DNA of 63,908 nt, filler included, from Asterionella formosa (GCA_002256025.1; 11 parts of 10 records of this genome joined end to end with filler, not necessarily neighbours in it); one strand, 5' to 3'; positions 1 through 13,254 are shown, counted from the whole stretch's first letter. Notes: generated by a model not told the origin, from the sequence alone. Numbers and translations: made by a program.

Positions 1-56
1 TACTTACATGTATGTATGCGCATCCATCAGGTACCAGGTACCTGGTACCTCGTACC

Positions 57-150
57 GGTATTGGTACTTCATAATATCATAGTAAGTCATAAATACCATC
101 CAGTATAATTCTCTATTTATTTACGGGTACATCAATGCTTCATGTCAGGT
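57..150 (+). repeat. Dispersed repeat, second copy at ~15495-15595
   Basis: ggtattggtacttcataa..tcatagtaagtcataaataccatccagtataattctctattta..ggtacatcaatgcttcatgtc matches ggtattagtactccataaactcatcatagtaagtcacaactaccgtccagtataattctctatttac..ggtacatcaatgctccatgtc on another contig. Confidence 0.8.
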
Positions 151-410
151 GCGTATCAGCAAGTTGCGGTAATTTTGCTTAACTAAGAATTTAGCTTTTT
201 AATCCCATATCGAATTGTTTATTTAAGCAAAATGACCGCATCTCGTTGTTGTACCTTCAACCAGTGGTCATTTTCCTGAAACGGACAACATGTTACCGGA
301 CATCGACATATTTCATAACGTATAAAGAACATTTTCTAATCATTCTTGCACGATTCAGCGAAATAAATAGCGGAATTCTTCTAATTGCAAAAACGAGAAC
401 ACCCAGCATA

Positions 411-530
411 AGACTATGACATTCAGGAAGCATAATGACTCTCAGGAAAATCCTATAAATTTCAGGAAATGACTATGACTTTCAGGAAATGCCTATGACT
501 TTCAGGAAAGTTAAGGAAACTTCAGGAAAT
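411..530 (+). repeat. Minisatellite, ~6 x 20 bp (gactatgactttcaggaaat)
   Basis: tcaggaa core recurs every 20 nt. Confidence 0.85.
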
Positions 531-2950
531 GTATTTCAAAAATGATCCTAACCATTACAAGCAGGGCTACAGCTGCCACCTTCTTTCTCTCCTTACCCAG
601 GGTTTCAACTGTCTTTGCAAGCGATGACCTTGCTTCCTTTGCCCAGTCATTTTCTCCACAAATCTCCCCAACAATAGACATGACTTCATTCATCTCTTTA
701 ACTCTTTACATTTGGCTTTCTGAACTCAATACCCTTGAGTAGCTGGCCACATTGCCCTCTAACATGATGATTCTCCATTTTGAAATGTTCTTCTTTGCTC
801 CAACACCGATTGCATCAGAAATTACAGAAGCAATCCCTTGAAGCTCATCTTTTTCTGACAATGTTGTTAAAGATCTGGGTGAAGGACAAGTTGGGCGCAG
901 CTTTCTATGGTTACAATTACCACCAAATTCTTTTTGTTGGGGTTGGCAACCTGCAGTCATTTCTTGCATCATACAATGTTGATCTCAGAATTCTTTGAGT
1001 GTGCATCATGATATTTGCATCATTCCCTCCCATGTTGTTCAATTCTTCCAACAGTACCCTGATGTTACCAGCCAAGTTCCAGTTCTTGTATCAACCGCAA
1101 AGATTCTTCATCGAAACCAGTGATAGAGTCACTAAATTTTCAACATCATTTATTTCTTTTGTAATCACACTTGACTGAATGGCTGTGCTTGGTCTTGGTT
1201 GCCTTACTTCATCGTTTTCGTTTTTGCTTTTGCTGTTGCTGTCATTGGTTTCTGGTGAGACAAATCAGACTGATCATTTGGAGGTCTTCTGCGCCGTTCT
1301 TCTAACAGAACAAGTAAACAAGAAAATGAGCACATTGCAATGACTCTGGACGTCCGTTGCTCATTACTGGCATTGCTTCTCACGATCACAAGTCACCAGA
1401 CCCTTTCAGCCTTGTCTGTTCTTGCCTAGTCTTTGGCCTCCCAGACATGGTTTGATTGTTGGAATTGAATGTGCAGTGAGCGAAATGAGTAAGTGACGCA
1501 AATTAATGAAGATGATAAACATTCATCCACCAGTGCGCAAAAAATCTGAGTTGGCCATAAAACTTGTTGTACTGCTATTGCGTACCTTTTCACGACGGAT
1601 TCGGGAGCTCGCGCCAGCAGCATTCGAAATCATTTAGAATAATGAAAAAATATTATAAATTGAATGAACTAAAAATAATACAAGATCCTACGGAAGATCT
1701 ATGGGGGCTGTACTACAAGGTCAAATCCAAAATTGGTCATGATGCCGGTCTAGTCAGGTCAACTCTAGTTGAAGAATACAATGTACGCTACCAGCATGTG
1801 TTCTGTGCAGAAAAAGGACCTGAAATTGAGATATTTTGCCTCATGTTTCCCGGGATACAAACCGTCTTTTACCGGACCTTCCACAAGGCACGCAAACTTC
1901 AAGTTAGTACATACACCCACTGCTGGGCAGGGATGCCAGTAGTACTCTTACTTGCCTCATTTCCCTCCTTCTTCCTCACACAAATGCAACCTTTGGGATT
2001 CAAGCGTCTTCTTGTTGACAAAATGGGCAATTGAAAAATCATTATAAAAAGAACACTAATCTGTCTGGTGTTTACTTAGCTAAATTTTTATTGTTTCGTG
2101 ATGCCAATGGACTGATGCAAAATGATGGGTTGATGGCTGTCATCTCTCAGCAAATCTTGGCAGCATTCCAGACTTAAGCTTTCTCAACCGCAATTCAAAA
2201 AACCCTGGTAGGAGTACCTTGTAGTAAGACCTGGTGAGCGATCCTGAGTAGTAGCTATGATGTGGATAGGGTTACATTGTAACTCAGCAGAATGATGGAA
2301 TAAATGGGTAAATTGAACAATGAAGCATTTCATGAATGTACCTTCTGGTTTTTATTTAAATGAATTCACTAATCATTTAGGCTTATGCATTTTTATAATA
2401 TAATCTGGCTAGATACTACTCTAGAGTCCCGGTGATTTCATTGATCAAGGATTATGATGTATTGAACATCAGAACCAAGACTTTCCATGTCGCTTTATCC
2501 AGTGAATGGTTTGAGTCTTTTGTCTATTCCTGTTCCTTTTCCTCTTGCATGGAAATTCCACACAAAGGGAGATATCATAATGACAGTGCTAACCCTGTTC
2601 ATTTTCCTCTTTTGTACATGCTTTCTAGAAATCCAAGGGGTAACCCTATCAGTCTTTCTATTGACCGATTCATTGCAACGGGACTTTGAATTAACAATGA
2701 CAGGAGCACAGATTAATCGATCGGTTGGTTTTGACTAACATTGTGACTCGACAATCAATTAGAGGATCATACCAAGCATTGCTTCTCTACCATAGCTAAC
2801 CCAAGATCGCCTTTGCATAGCTCAAGACATTTTTGTGATCTATCAAGAAAATGAGCGTGCTGTTAGGTGCCATTTTCTATGCTTCAATTTTAAACCAAAT
2901 GGTAGTGGCAGGGAACATGAAATTGTGAATGCCGCCGGCTGTGTCTGGAA
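511..2950 (-). pseudogene. Degenerate coding-like sequence, probably a decayed DNA transposon
   Basis: Fragmented minus-strand ORFs beside a subterminal minisatellite and the terminal-like motif aagttgcggtaattttgc (161), which recurs at ~35597 and ~59029. No diagnostic catalytic motif recognised. Confidence 0.3.
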
Positions 2951-3669
2951 TCATACTTTAAGTTATCATGCATAGCTACTACCTCTGTTCCTGTTACTAT
3001 TATTCACGTACCGGTACATGCAAATGGCATTACGACTTTTTAACATTCCATGCAAATGACCAAACAAAATTATATTTGTACTATCAAACCTTCTCATCAG
3101 TTAAGTTTTTCCTTGAGTATAGGAGAGTGAGCGATCTATATCGAGCGCTTTATGGATATGGCTAAGCTCCAGATATCAGAACTAAATACAGGCATATATA
3201 TATTAATATTGAATGATGAAGCAGTCCAAAAACTTACCTTCGTATGTTTATCTCGATGTACTAACTAACTTATAACCTCTAATAGTTATCAAGCAATATT
3301 GCTATCTAACTTAACCTGGTACCAGGTAATACCGCTGGTACTTGGATTATTGGGTTGGGCAGATAGAACAGAAAATAAGGTACATCTGATACTTTGAGAA
3401 ATTCAAGAATCCATATCTATAATTAAAATATGTACACTTGTCAAGTGCAGCATCAATCATGGTGCCTGGTACTTGGAGTACCATGCAGCAATGACAAAAT
3501 TCACTCAGACACTCAGTTGCTGTTATTACATCATTATTGTTAGCAGATATTATAAAGAAACAAACTCTAAATCATTCTATAGGGTGAAAGCTGCAATCAG
3601 TTCAACGAGGAAGTGATAAGCCCAGCAAATATAACCATGATTGATATTGCCATTGACACACTGTATAGG

Positions 3670-4568
3670 CTACATTTGCTTGCAATAGTATGAGTGCTGG
3701 CTCAGAATCAAGGCCACAATGAGCCCATACAATGCCAGTGCTTCAGCAAAGATGAGCATAATTAACAATCCAACATAAAGCTTGTTAGCATCCTCCACGG
3801 AGTTGTCAGCAGTATCATTGATTTCCGTATTCCCATCATCCGCATTCCAAAATTGTCTCCCAGCTGATGCTTTGATGCCAAAGGATCTGACACCAACATC
3901 ACCAATGATCCCAATAGTCCCACCTGCAGCAAGACACGAAAGCCCACAACATAGGCCAGCAGCCAAGTGTGCCCAGCCATTGTAGATTGAATAGGAAGTA
4001 CTGCTATCTGCATTCGGCGGACTAATAGCTTGTGCAATGATAACTGCGACAATTAGGCCGTAAATACCTAGAACGCCCGCCATGACAATTGGAACAATAT
4101 TCTTAATAATACCTTCAAGTACAGTACTGAAGCATGTTAGTCAAACGGGTGCATCTCTAGCTTACTAGCACAACCACACATTCGCAGCACGTACCCCTAG
4201 GATAATTCACGCCCATACTACATACTCCAAGTCCGGCCTTCCATGTTCCCCAAGCTGATCCAAAATTCGCTAAGATTATACATGACGCAGCTCCGGCATA
4301 CCCCCTTGTTCCATCCGAAAATGAGTAAATGCATGGATTAGGTCAAAAAAATGTTGGGGAACTGCAGTTCGAATCAAAAACACGGACTGTACCTAGAAGA
4401 GAGCGACCGTTGAGAACGCCTCTTTCTTGCGTATGGTGGGAGATGATCCCTTGACACCTCGTTCTCCTCACGATGACAATTATTTTTGATCCATGAAACT
4501 CACATTGCAGGCGCCCAGATAGGACAATCATCTGTACCGGCAGTGACAGAAGTGGCGTAGTTGTCCAT
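3670..4568 (-). CDS. VHA-c: V-type H+-ATPase proteolipid subunit c paralogue 1 (exons 4568-4504, 4304-4195, 4112-3670)
   Basis: Spliced product [103 protein letters not shown] introns 4503-4305 and 4194-4113 keep frame. TM4 Glu retained. Confidence 0.93.
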
Positions 4569-4974
4569 GACAATTATTGATGATGATCACAGCGAAAAAA
4601 GTTCGATCGCTTTGGAAATATAATCATCATCATGGAAGGGAAGATTTTCAGGTTACCATTTGCTTCTTATAAAAATCACCTCCTATAATTTATACAGAAC
4701 AGATACATACCGTTAGTCTAAAACAGTTAAAAAAAAATTATGGTATAATACAACATAGAAAATTGAGATGTTTTTCTTGTTTACCCCGTACTCGGCTACT
4801 GGGCATATTAATAGAGTTAACCTCGGTTATATCTAAGTAACTTTGAAAATATACAAATGTTACATGTTTAGAGTCATTTACAAGTATATAAATTTATGTT
4901 AATTAAAGAATGATGATGCCTCCTTGCTATGTACCGACCACCGGCCTCTGCTCTTACTATCATCCAGGAACTGC

Positions 4975-5235
4975 CTACCCAGTACCTCGTACCAGGTACC
5001 CTGGTAGCAAGAAATTTCACAACGCACAGCCAGAATATAACAATGATACTACCGGTATGTATGTTTAGGAGCACAGAACAGGTAAAAATGTATGGCAAAA
5101 ACAAATTCATGTACGAGTACTGGAACCAAGTACCGTAGTCTCTCTCGTTATGTACACACAGTATTTACATATTTTTGTACCTGGTAGGATTACCCTACCA
5201 GGTACCTGGTACTGGTACCAGGATACCAGGGTATA
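4975..5235. promoter_or_regulatory. GGTACC/CCWGG palindrome-rich cluster in a divergent promoter. Similar clusters at ~20385-20490, ~29581-29655, ~33305-33485, ~35553-35590, ~45340-45592
   Basis: Dense gtaccaggtacc / gtacctggtac / taccggta motifs seen directly. Regulatory role is inferred from position only. Confidence 0.4.
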
Positions 5236-5451
5236 CACGTGCTGTGTACACCATGAGGATAGGCAAAAGCAATTGCAAGAAGTAGGGAGTAGTCTACTGG
5301 AGTATAAAATAGCTGGAGTATTAAAAAAAGAGTGCATGAAATAATGATACATGACTAATATAAGACATTTGTAAATTGTGAAAGTCGAGTGCAACAAGAT
5401 CCCCGTAATACAGAGACACAAGAAATCTTGTTGCACATTCTATCCTTTGCT

Positions 5452-6277
5452 ATGAACGCCGACGCACATTTCGAAGCAGTTCAATGTCCTTCATGGGCTG
5501 TTAGTCTCGGATATCTGGGTGTTTCTGCCGCTGTTGTGCTTAGCAACTTTGGTTCCGCGGTAAGTTCGTTGTTCGTGGCGGAATGGCTCGGTCTCCGGGT
5601 TGGTCTGCGGCCACAGCTGCCACCTAGTAGCTGTGCCTCTGATTTCCATGCGCATTCCGACTGCTAACCTCCATCGTTTTGCTTGCCTGCCCAACTACCT
5701 GCCTGCCTGTTGCATTGCCATTTGACCTCCCATGTCTGCTCAGTGGGGAACGTGGAAGTCTGGCGTGAGTATGCTGCACACGGGCATTCGGCATCCAAAG
5801 TCGGTCATGAAGAATGTCATTCCCATTGTCATGGCGGGAGTGATTGGAATTTACGGTCTCATTGTTGGGGTTATCCTCGGACAAGGGATCCAAACGCCCA
5901 ACGGTGAACGTCAAAATATCTACTCGATCTACTCGGGTATGGCTCATCTCGCCGCTGGCTTGTGCTGCGGCATTTCGGGATTGGCAGCAGGTGGATGCAT
6001 CGGTATCGTCGGGGACTATGGGGTCCGAGCGGTCGGCTACCGTGCGTCCTCCATTACACTCTTTCCTACGCACAGAGCGGAAGGAGAAGGCTATTCGAAT
6101 ATTCCGGATAACGAGGAAGCGGCGTCGGGAGCAGATGGTGACGATGTAAGCGGATCCGATGATCAGAACAAACTATTTGTCAGCATGCTCATTATGCTCA
6201 TCTTCTCGGAAGCTCTCGCTCTGTATGGGTTGATCGTTGCACTAATTGTCAGCCAGCATGAATATGGATGCCATTAA
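5452..6277 (+). CDS. VHA-c: V-type H+-ATPase proteolipid subunit c paralogue 2 (exons 5452-5559, 5744-6277)
   Basis: [79 protein letters not shown]. Phase-0 GT-AG intron 5560-5743. Confidence 0.93.
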
Positions 6278-6462
6278 GCGTTTATTGTGCACCTTGTTCT
6301 GTCTTGCTTGTTTATAGTGACATGTGATCACAAAGTTTTGGGAATTGCGGGCAGTTAGCATAATTAATACGCACTAATCTTACCTGTCTGCTCGGCTCCT
6401 TTTTCTTCATAGCATAGACGGATATACCGGTACATACATGATCCTGAATTTTACCAAAAGAA

Positions 6463-6562
6463 NNNNNNNNNNNNNNNNNNNNNNNNNNNNNNNNNNNNNN
6501 NNNNNNTTAATTAATTAANNNNNNNNNNNNNNNNNNNNNNNNNNNNNNNNNNNNNNNNNNNN
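6463..6562. other. Artificial contig-joining spacer (N44-TTAATTAATTAA-N44). Same spacer at 13027-13126, 19586-19685, 26138-26237, 32689-32788, 39238-39337, 45787-45886, 52334-52433, 58876-58975, 60866-60965
   Basis: Identical 100-nt spacer with a six-frame stop core. Intervening contigs are 6464, 6459, 6452, 6451, 6449, 6449, 6447 and 6442 bp, i.e. size-sorted. Confidence 0.97.
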
Positions 6563-6700
6563 TTTTAATAGTAGAAATAATATATGCACCTCTCGACAAG
6601 AGCTTCAAGCCATGGCACTACAGTAATATGGTTGTTGCACTGCTTTATATATGCGTATTATTGAGTTCTGATGCACTGCTCAGCACAATCACCAGTGTCT

Positions 6701-7180
6701 GCTACAGATAACCAGAACGACAAGAATAATCAGCCTGAGGATGACGTCTGGAGGAAGTAAGTCAAAATTGGAATGTTGCTGTCAATGTGCAGTAATATAT
6801 GTTTGAATCATTTGAACTTATTTGCACATCAATTTTTATCAATTTCAGGAACATTGATACTTGACACTTTGAGATGAAAATTCTTGTTTCAGTTAAAGGG
6901 GGATGCTGAACAATGTATGACCAACTTTTTGGTTCACACAAACATGTGTGAGTAAGATGGTACTTGAATTGCTTTATAAATGTACATGAATAAATGGAAT
7001 CAATGACTGGTACAAGTTCTGACTTCATGTAATCACACTTGCTACAGACAACCAGAACAAGAAGAACAATCAATCTGAGGACAAGGTAAGCCAAAATAGA
7101 AATGTTGATCATAGCTATTGATGTGCAGTCGGTAATGTTCAAATCATTGACACATACTTGCCGATCATATTTCTTTCAGG
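6701..7180 (+). repeat. Two diverged direct copies (~6701-6850, ~7041-7180), each with a gtaag..tttcag intron-like segment
   Basis: gctacagataaccagaacgacaagaataatcagcctgagg vs gctacagacaaccagaacaagaagaacaatcaatctgagg. Confidence 0.6.
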
Positions 7181-7294
7181 AAAATGACGCATAGATTTCG
7201 AAAATTGTAAGATTCTATGCACAATTATGGAGGGGGAGGGGGGGGGGGTGCTATATGTATATTCAAATAAAATTTATTGNNNNNNNNNNCCCCC

Positions 7295-7339
<45 letters not shown>

Positions 7340-10049
7340 CTGAATGTATATTCAACTACTAGTTCTTGGCTAACACATTCTATCATTCCCTATTCTACCA
7401 GAGTCAGCAACATAGAAAGTTATGTATACTACAAAATGAATCAAAACTTGATCTTGTTTTGGTTATTTTGGTTGCAATGCTTAGGATCAAAGGCATTCAA
7501 GAATACAAAGGCATTGGATTGAAGGGTGTGTAGGAACAAAGAACATGCACAAATGTATCAATCATAAAATCCAGATTACTAGTCAAAGCATAATGGGCAA
7601 AATAATAGAATCATCATTTCAATCGATTGATAATAGAATTTAATACATACACATAATCAATGTATCATAAAGCGGCTCACTTCCTGGTGTAATGTAAAAT
7701 CTATTGGGTGTTATACTATGTGTGTGATCAATTATATATATAATAAGAAAATTTTAAAGTACGCTTTTATTGAAACTCGAATCTAATGGAGTTCGTGGAG
7801 TCGCACTTGGGCCCAAATGGGCCCCAAAGGAATAACGAGTGAGGGTGAGTCCATTGAGGGACTCTTAGGGCTTGCAGAGTAGGAAACAACCGTAGAGATG
7901 GCAAGCAAGGTCAAGGAGACCACATATGGTTCTTAGACCACCCATTATAGGGAGGAACCGAGGGCAGAGAGGAAGGCCAATCAAGAAGTAGAAAGACATA
8001 TTGAAACTACATGGCCATTTTGGAAGAATGAAATATTTGAAGGAGAGTCGAAAATGTTGACAAATCAATGAAAGTGGTAGCCTGATGAAGACATAAGGTG
8101 AGAGCAAGAGAAGGGTCTTGAAAGACGTAGGAAGTATATAGCCATCTGTCTTGCTATTTCGGTGAATTTGAGTTTGAATTGTGGATCCTGGCAATCAATT
8201 GCCAGGATGAAATGTAGGGCTGAAGAGTAAGGTAAGATCACATATGGTGGAATAGTGTTAAGGCCTGAGAGGAGTGATGATGTTGCATTGGGGTGGCCAG
8301 TTGATGCCAAGGTATAACAGAGGTCTAGCAGTAGTGGCAAGGGAGTTGGCGAAGATGTCATTTGGAGTATGGGGATGAATGAGCGCTTTTTGTTGTTGTG
8401 GACCGAAGCGGTGAGTGTGAATGTGTGAAGGGGGGTCGAGAGTATTGGTCGGAGGGTCAGTTGGGCGAGACAGGGTAAAAGAGATTCAATTACAGTGGAA
8501 TACACCACCCAATTGGGGCTTTACAGTTTCGACAGAAGTTTCAAATGTAGACTTGGAGGATTCAAGAGAGGATTTGCACGGGAGATGAACAGTAGTGAAG
8601 GAGACAGTGTCAGCTATAGAAATATCAGGAGGAGCAGCATGGGCGAAAAGCGCCATGGCCAAGGGTGATTGAAGCAGCAGCAGCGCCGCGGAAACGGCTG
8701 TAGGCTGTGTACCAGAGTAGTATAAATAATAGAGGGTAGTAACCCGGAAAGTTATGATCAATTATATATATATATATGTTAATGATCAGACAAGCAAAGT
8801 TATTGATCAATACATTTCTATGTATGATCAATTTAAAAATAGTGATACTGCGATAATTTTGGGCCAGTTGATAAAAGAGTGAAAGTGTTAGGCCTGCTTA
8901 CATAACACTTTTTTCATTCACAGACAAGACGGAGGTATTACCTCATTCACTCTAACCGATCAGTATTTAAATAATGCAGAGGGCAAGCAATTACAATGGA
9001 CTTTTTGGAAAAAAGATATTTTACTACTAAATATTTTACAACAAGACGACTATTCCGAGGACGTTTCAGCGCTTAGTGATTCTGATTCTGATATTTTGGA
9101 GACCGTTGTTGAAAAGTCCGATTTTGTTGAATTTTTGGGACAATTGCTCAAAGTTGGCTGGGTTTGAAGAAGGAAAAAATACAAAGCTACTTATCTTCAC
9201 ATAGCAAGAAAATTAACTCTTGGTGAGAAAGAGCAGAAAGGAACCGTTTTTTACAAGGCCAAATAATTCGTTTGGCATGGTAAATTCTAGTGTTTCAGAA
9301 CAGCAAAAATACGAAGCTCTTTTCTGCACTTTCTCGCCAGATCCTATTTCCTGACGATATATAACGTGGAACTATACCCCTCCTTTGATCAATGACTGTA
9401 TCTAAGCATATGGAAAGACTGTCCAATAGTGAAAGCTTCGAGTAGCAATATACATATTTCTTTTAGATGTGAAAAGTACATGTTTAATTACTCTGAATCA
9501 GTTTTATTCTCTTAGCCATAGTTCAACTTATGGGTTCAAATGCAGCAAGCTTAACTAAAAATGACCGTTTTTACATTCCAGCAAATACTCTTCAACTGTT
9601 TGAAATAATAATATATACCAGACATTACTGCTGTTCATAGTTGTCTATGCTGTTGAGTAGTGCTGGCTGGTATATCATGCTACCATAAAATGCAGCAAGG
9701 GGCCTCACTGTACCACCACCTCATAGAGTGCCACCCTTGAGTATCCATCCCTTGTCAAGAAATCATTCGAGCTCGGAATGATTCCGCACACAGCGCAAAA
9801 AGAAAATCCGTTTCGTCGACCACCAGCATGACAATCTCGCAAATCAACTTGTGAACAACCACATTCTACTTGTTCTTGTTGTTGACATTTTCAATTCTCA
9901 CATGATACTACATCTACTATTGAGATTCAGCATACAAGGGGATACGAAAATTTAACAGACTGCTGTTCACATAGTTATAGTTATAGAATGATTCTGATTA
10001 CAATTTCTTTCCATATCGCTCCTTTCCGCATTTGGGATGCTGCACTTGT

Positions 10050-10535
10050 ATTCACTGTTGAACTTGTCCGCATCTTTCTTACCATCAATTGAGCGACAAG
10101 TGGCTCTCTTCATTGTTGTTTGCTCATGGAAAACCCGCCCGGTATCTGTATCATCAACAATAGAGGGACAAATGTCCTTCATCATTATCATTGTGGTTTG
10201 CCACAGGAAAATTGGTATCTTTATCATCATTTGCTTATTGGAACTGTCCATTGCCTCCAACCTGCTAAGCGTGTGCGCACAATTTGTTTTCATTGGTATG
10301 TTGTTCTTGTTTTCACTGGTGAACTTGTACGCATCTTTGTTACCATCAATTGAGCGACAAGTGGGTCTCTTCATTGTTGTTTGCTCCTGGAAAAGTCGGT
10401 GTCCATGTCATCATCAATAGAGGGACAAGTGTCCTTCATCATTGTGATTTTCCACTGGAAAAATTGGTACCTGTATAGTCATTCGCTCGTTGGAACTATC
10501 CGTTGCCTCAAACCTGCTTAGCGTGTGTGTACGTA
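10050..10535. repeat. Tandem duplication, ~2 x 250-260 bp
   Basis: gaacttgt.cgcatcttt.ttaccatcaattgagcgacaagtgg at 10060 and 10321; cctgct.agcgtgtg at 10261 and 10512. Confidence 0.85.
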
Positions 10536-12401
10536 CACTGTCGATTTTTTACATTGCAGCAGTGACTTAGCTACTAACGTGCGTATTTAAATGTCACACT
10601 CCGTAGCAGGACAATGCAGTATACAGTTCCCAATCAACACTGAATGATTGATAAGATGATAATGTGATATTACGATAGGGTTACTTCAATACATACATCA
10701 CCAATATATGATACGTAATATTGAATAATGTTTATCACATAGCTATGATACATTGATCATTGAACTATGATGATTTAATAAGATGTTCATCAAATATGAT
10801 TATGTTAAAATAATACAATGATAATAAAATACGATAAAATATGTACACAAGTGTTATCAATACATCATAGAAAAAAGATTGATTAATCATAAGGTATATT
10901 TAAGAAATATATATATATATGTGTATATATATTCAACTTAAAATATATGCAGTAAATGGAAATAGTTAATATGATAGTATTATATTGTGAATAGGATCTA
11001 ATGATAGTACAGATGCGTTGATACATACATCACCATCATATATATATGATTTGTGATATGGGTTGCTTGATGCATGTCACATACCGGTATCCTCCACAGC
11101 CAGCCATCACGTGCATTGTTATGTCTTTTTCCTTGTTATATATATGTATTGTGTAAACACCCTTACATTATATAACCGCTGGCGAAACATGCATATTACA
11201 CTGTGCTCTGTTCAACAATTACTACACTCGGTTACCATCACACCAGTTGCACCACCACAAGCGCCGCAAAAAGTTCTGCGATTCCTTCCACTGTTTTACA
11301 TCATAGTCTTCTGGCCCTTTGACAACTTTCCAAATGTCATTTCATGGTTTTCATGGAAAGGATCAGTCAAACAAGAAACGTGACTTACTTCCGTCGTTTG
11401 CACTACACGACTTTATGTTTTCGGAAAAGAAGATGAAGAAACTTATGAAATCAATCGAAGATTCCTTTGAATACACTCAAAGGTCAGATGAATTTGAACA
11501 GATTCATAATACTCCAGAAAAAATAATGAAGTATGCCGATACAATAGTGGCTGAGATTGAAAAGAAGGAAAGATTGCTTTCGAAGAGGAAACCCAAAGAG
11601 TTGTTCTTCGCAGATGAATACTCAATTCCTGCAGAGTCACAGTTCCATCCAGTGTCGTATTTTGCTCGTTCTCCTGACATCGCTGATAATGAATAAGAAC
11701 TAAGAGATTCTCATTCATTCATTTGATGAACAATTTCATTCGATGAATGAAAAAACCGGCGGAAATGTGGGAGACATGCATCACTTCTGAAGTAGAAATG
11801 GTTGAAAAGTTGCAAAACCAAGAAATATATCTCACTATTCGTCCAGAACATCAAGATGAACATCATGAAAGCAGAGAAACTATTGCATTTTTAAAAGAAT
11901 AGAAAGATATTCAAGAAAAAGTCTGTGCTAGATCTCGAATTCAATAAGATCAATGCTGACAGAGATGTGATCCTGGCTAAGGCAGTTGATGCACTGAGTC
12001 GGGAACAAAGTTTGAAGCACAAAATTGAATCTTTTTCCAAATCATACATGGAAGAAAAAGATTTTCTTTGTAAAATCATCGAGAACAATCCCGAAGGCGC
12101 TACTTTTGTGAAGAGTCGGCATGAGAAATGTGTAGAGTTATTATGCCAAAGCAAATGGCATTTTCCTTGACTTAACCAAAAACACATAGTCAACTAAAAT
12201 TGTGGAAAGAATTGTATACACATACCCCACAAGAAATATGCAATTATGCCTCATATACAAATATATAAAGCAACTAGTCTGCTATATTTGTTTGGCATAC
12301 ATGCTACAAGCTCAAGTAGCTAGCTACATAGCTTTATGTGTGTTTGTACAGCTGTACTTGTTGTGGTATACCACACTTTTTTATGAAGTATAGGCAGCAA
12401 A

Positions 12402-12715
12402 GGGAATGGCTTAGTGGTTAAGCACATTGCCTTTGATCTGAGGTTGTGTGTGAGTTCGATTCCTGCATTTTTTGAGAAGCAATTGTTGGGCTCGACTCCC
12501 ACACTCCGTACTGTCCCGCACGGACTTGCCTGGTGTGCAAGAGATAGGAAACTAGCACGAAGGCTACCGGTAGCAGAAAAAGATAACAGTCCTAATACTG
12601 GTAGTACAAGAGGCAAGACCTACTTGAGAGATGACGGAAAGGAGCACGTAACCTTTTAACTCACCTGGTAGACGACTACCTGGTACCAGGTAGCAGAATG
12701 AAAGACTCGCTGAAG
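12402..12715 (+). mobile_element. tRNA-derived SINE-like repeat, copy 1
   Basis: A-box TGGCTTAGTGG (12407), B-box GTTCGATTC (12454), second T-arm gggctcgactccc (12488). Homologous to 59449-59655, including downstream caggtagca.aat.aagact.gc. Confidence 0.6.
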
Positions 12716-13254
12716 GCAATACACGCCCGAGGTGGTCTCTTGCCTGCGAGTATACAAGTGTTCGAGGCTGGGTGGCGCGAATAGGTTGACCGTACGAGTG
12801 GCGCCCCCGGCGCTGCGAGAAGGTCACCCTACGAGTGCCATCCCAGTCGAGTACACATGTATACGAGAAGGCAAGTAGCCGCCGAGAAGGGTAGCTATTG
12901 TTGAGGCAATTCCCGCTCTAGCTATCGTCAGGTCATTCGCTTACCTACTGCCCACAAATTTAGCATAAATGTCAATTTTAGCCTACTATTGCCCATCATA
13001 TAAAATATATTTTGGATATTTCCTATNNNNNNNNNNNNNNNNNNNNNNNNNNNNNNNNNNNNNNNNNNNNTTAATTAATTAANNNNNNNNNNNNNNNNNN
13101 NNNNNNNNNNNNNNNNNNNNNNNNNNGCAGGAGCATTCGCATGCCGTTCCGAATGAGCAGGCTTTATTTCATTAATGAAACTCTTCAATTTAGTTGAATG
13201 AGCTCCAGAAAATTACGTAAACAAATTTAACATATTAAGTGAACTTTATTCTAG

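Noticed and set aside
411..530. Short repeats (also 13255-13400) as a possible CRISPR array
   Set aside because: Head-to-tail minisatellites without unique spacers, no cas genes, eukaryotic context.
6463..6562. Regularly spaced TTAATTAATTAA motif flanked by N (~6.55-kb period)
   Set aside because: Artificial scaffold spacer. No biological periodicity or cross-contig gene clustering can be inferred.
7228..7338. Poly-G and poly-C tracts / poly-Pro ORF
   Set aside because: Spans an N gap. Probably a homopolymer assembly artefact, not coding.
7865..8761. Fragmented minus-strand ORFs (also 11319-12170, 16579-17064)
   Set aside because: Coding-like but broken and without recognisable motifs. No call can be supported.
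12402..12470. Functional tRNA-Gln gene
   Set aside because: No convincing acceptor stem, a duplicated T-arm and a diverged second copy. Treated as SINE-like.
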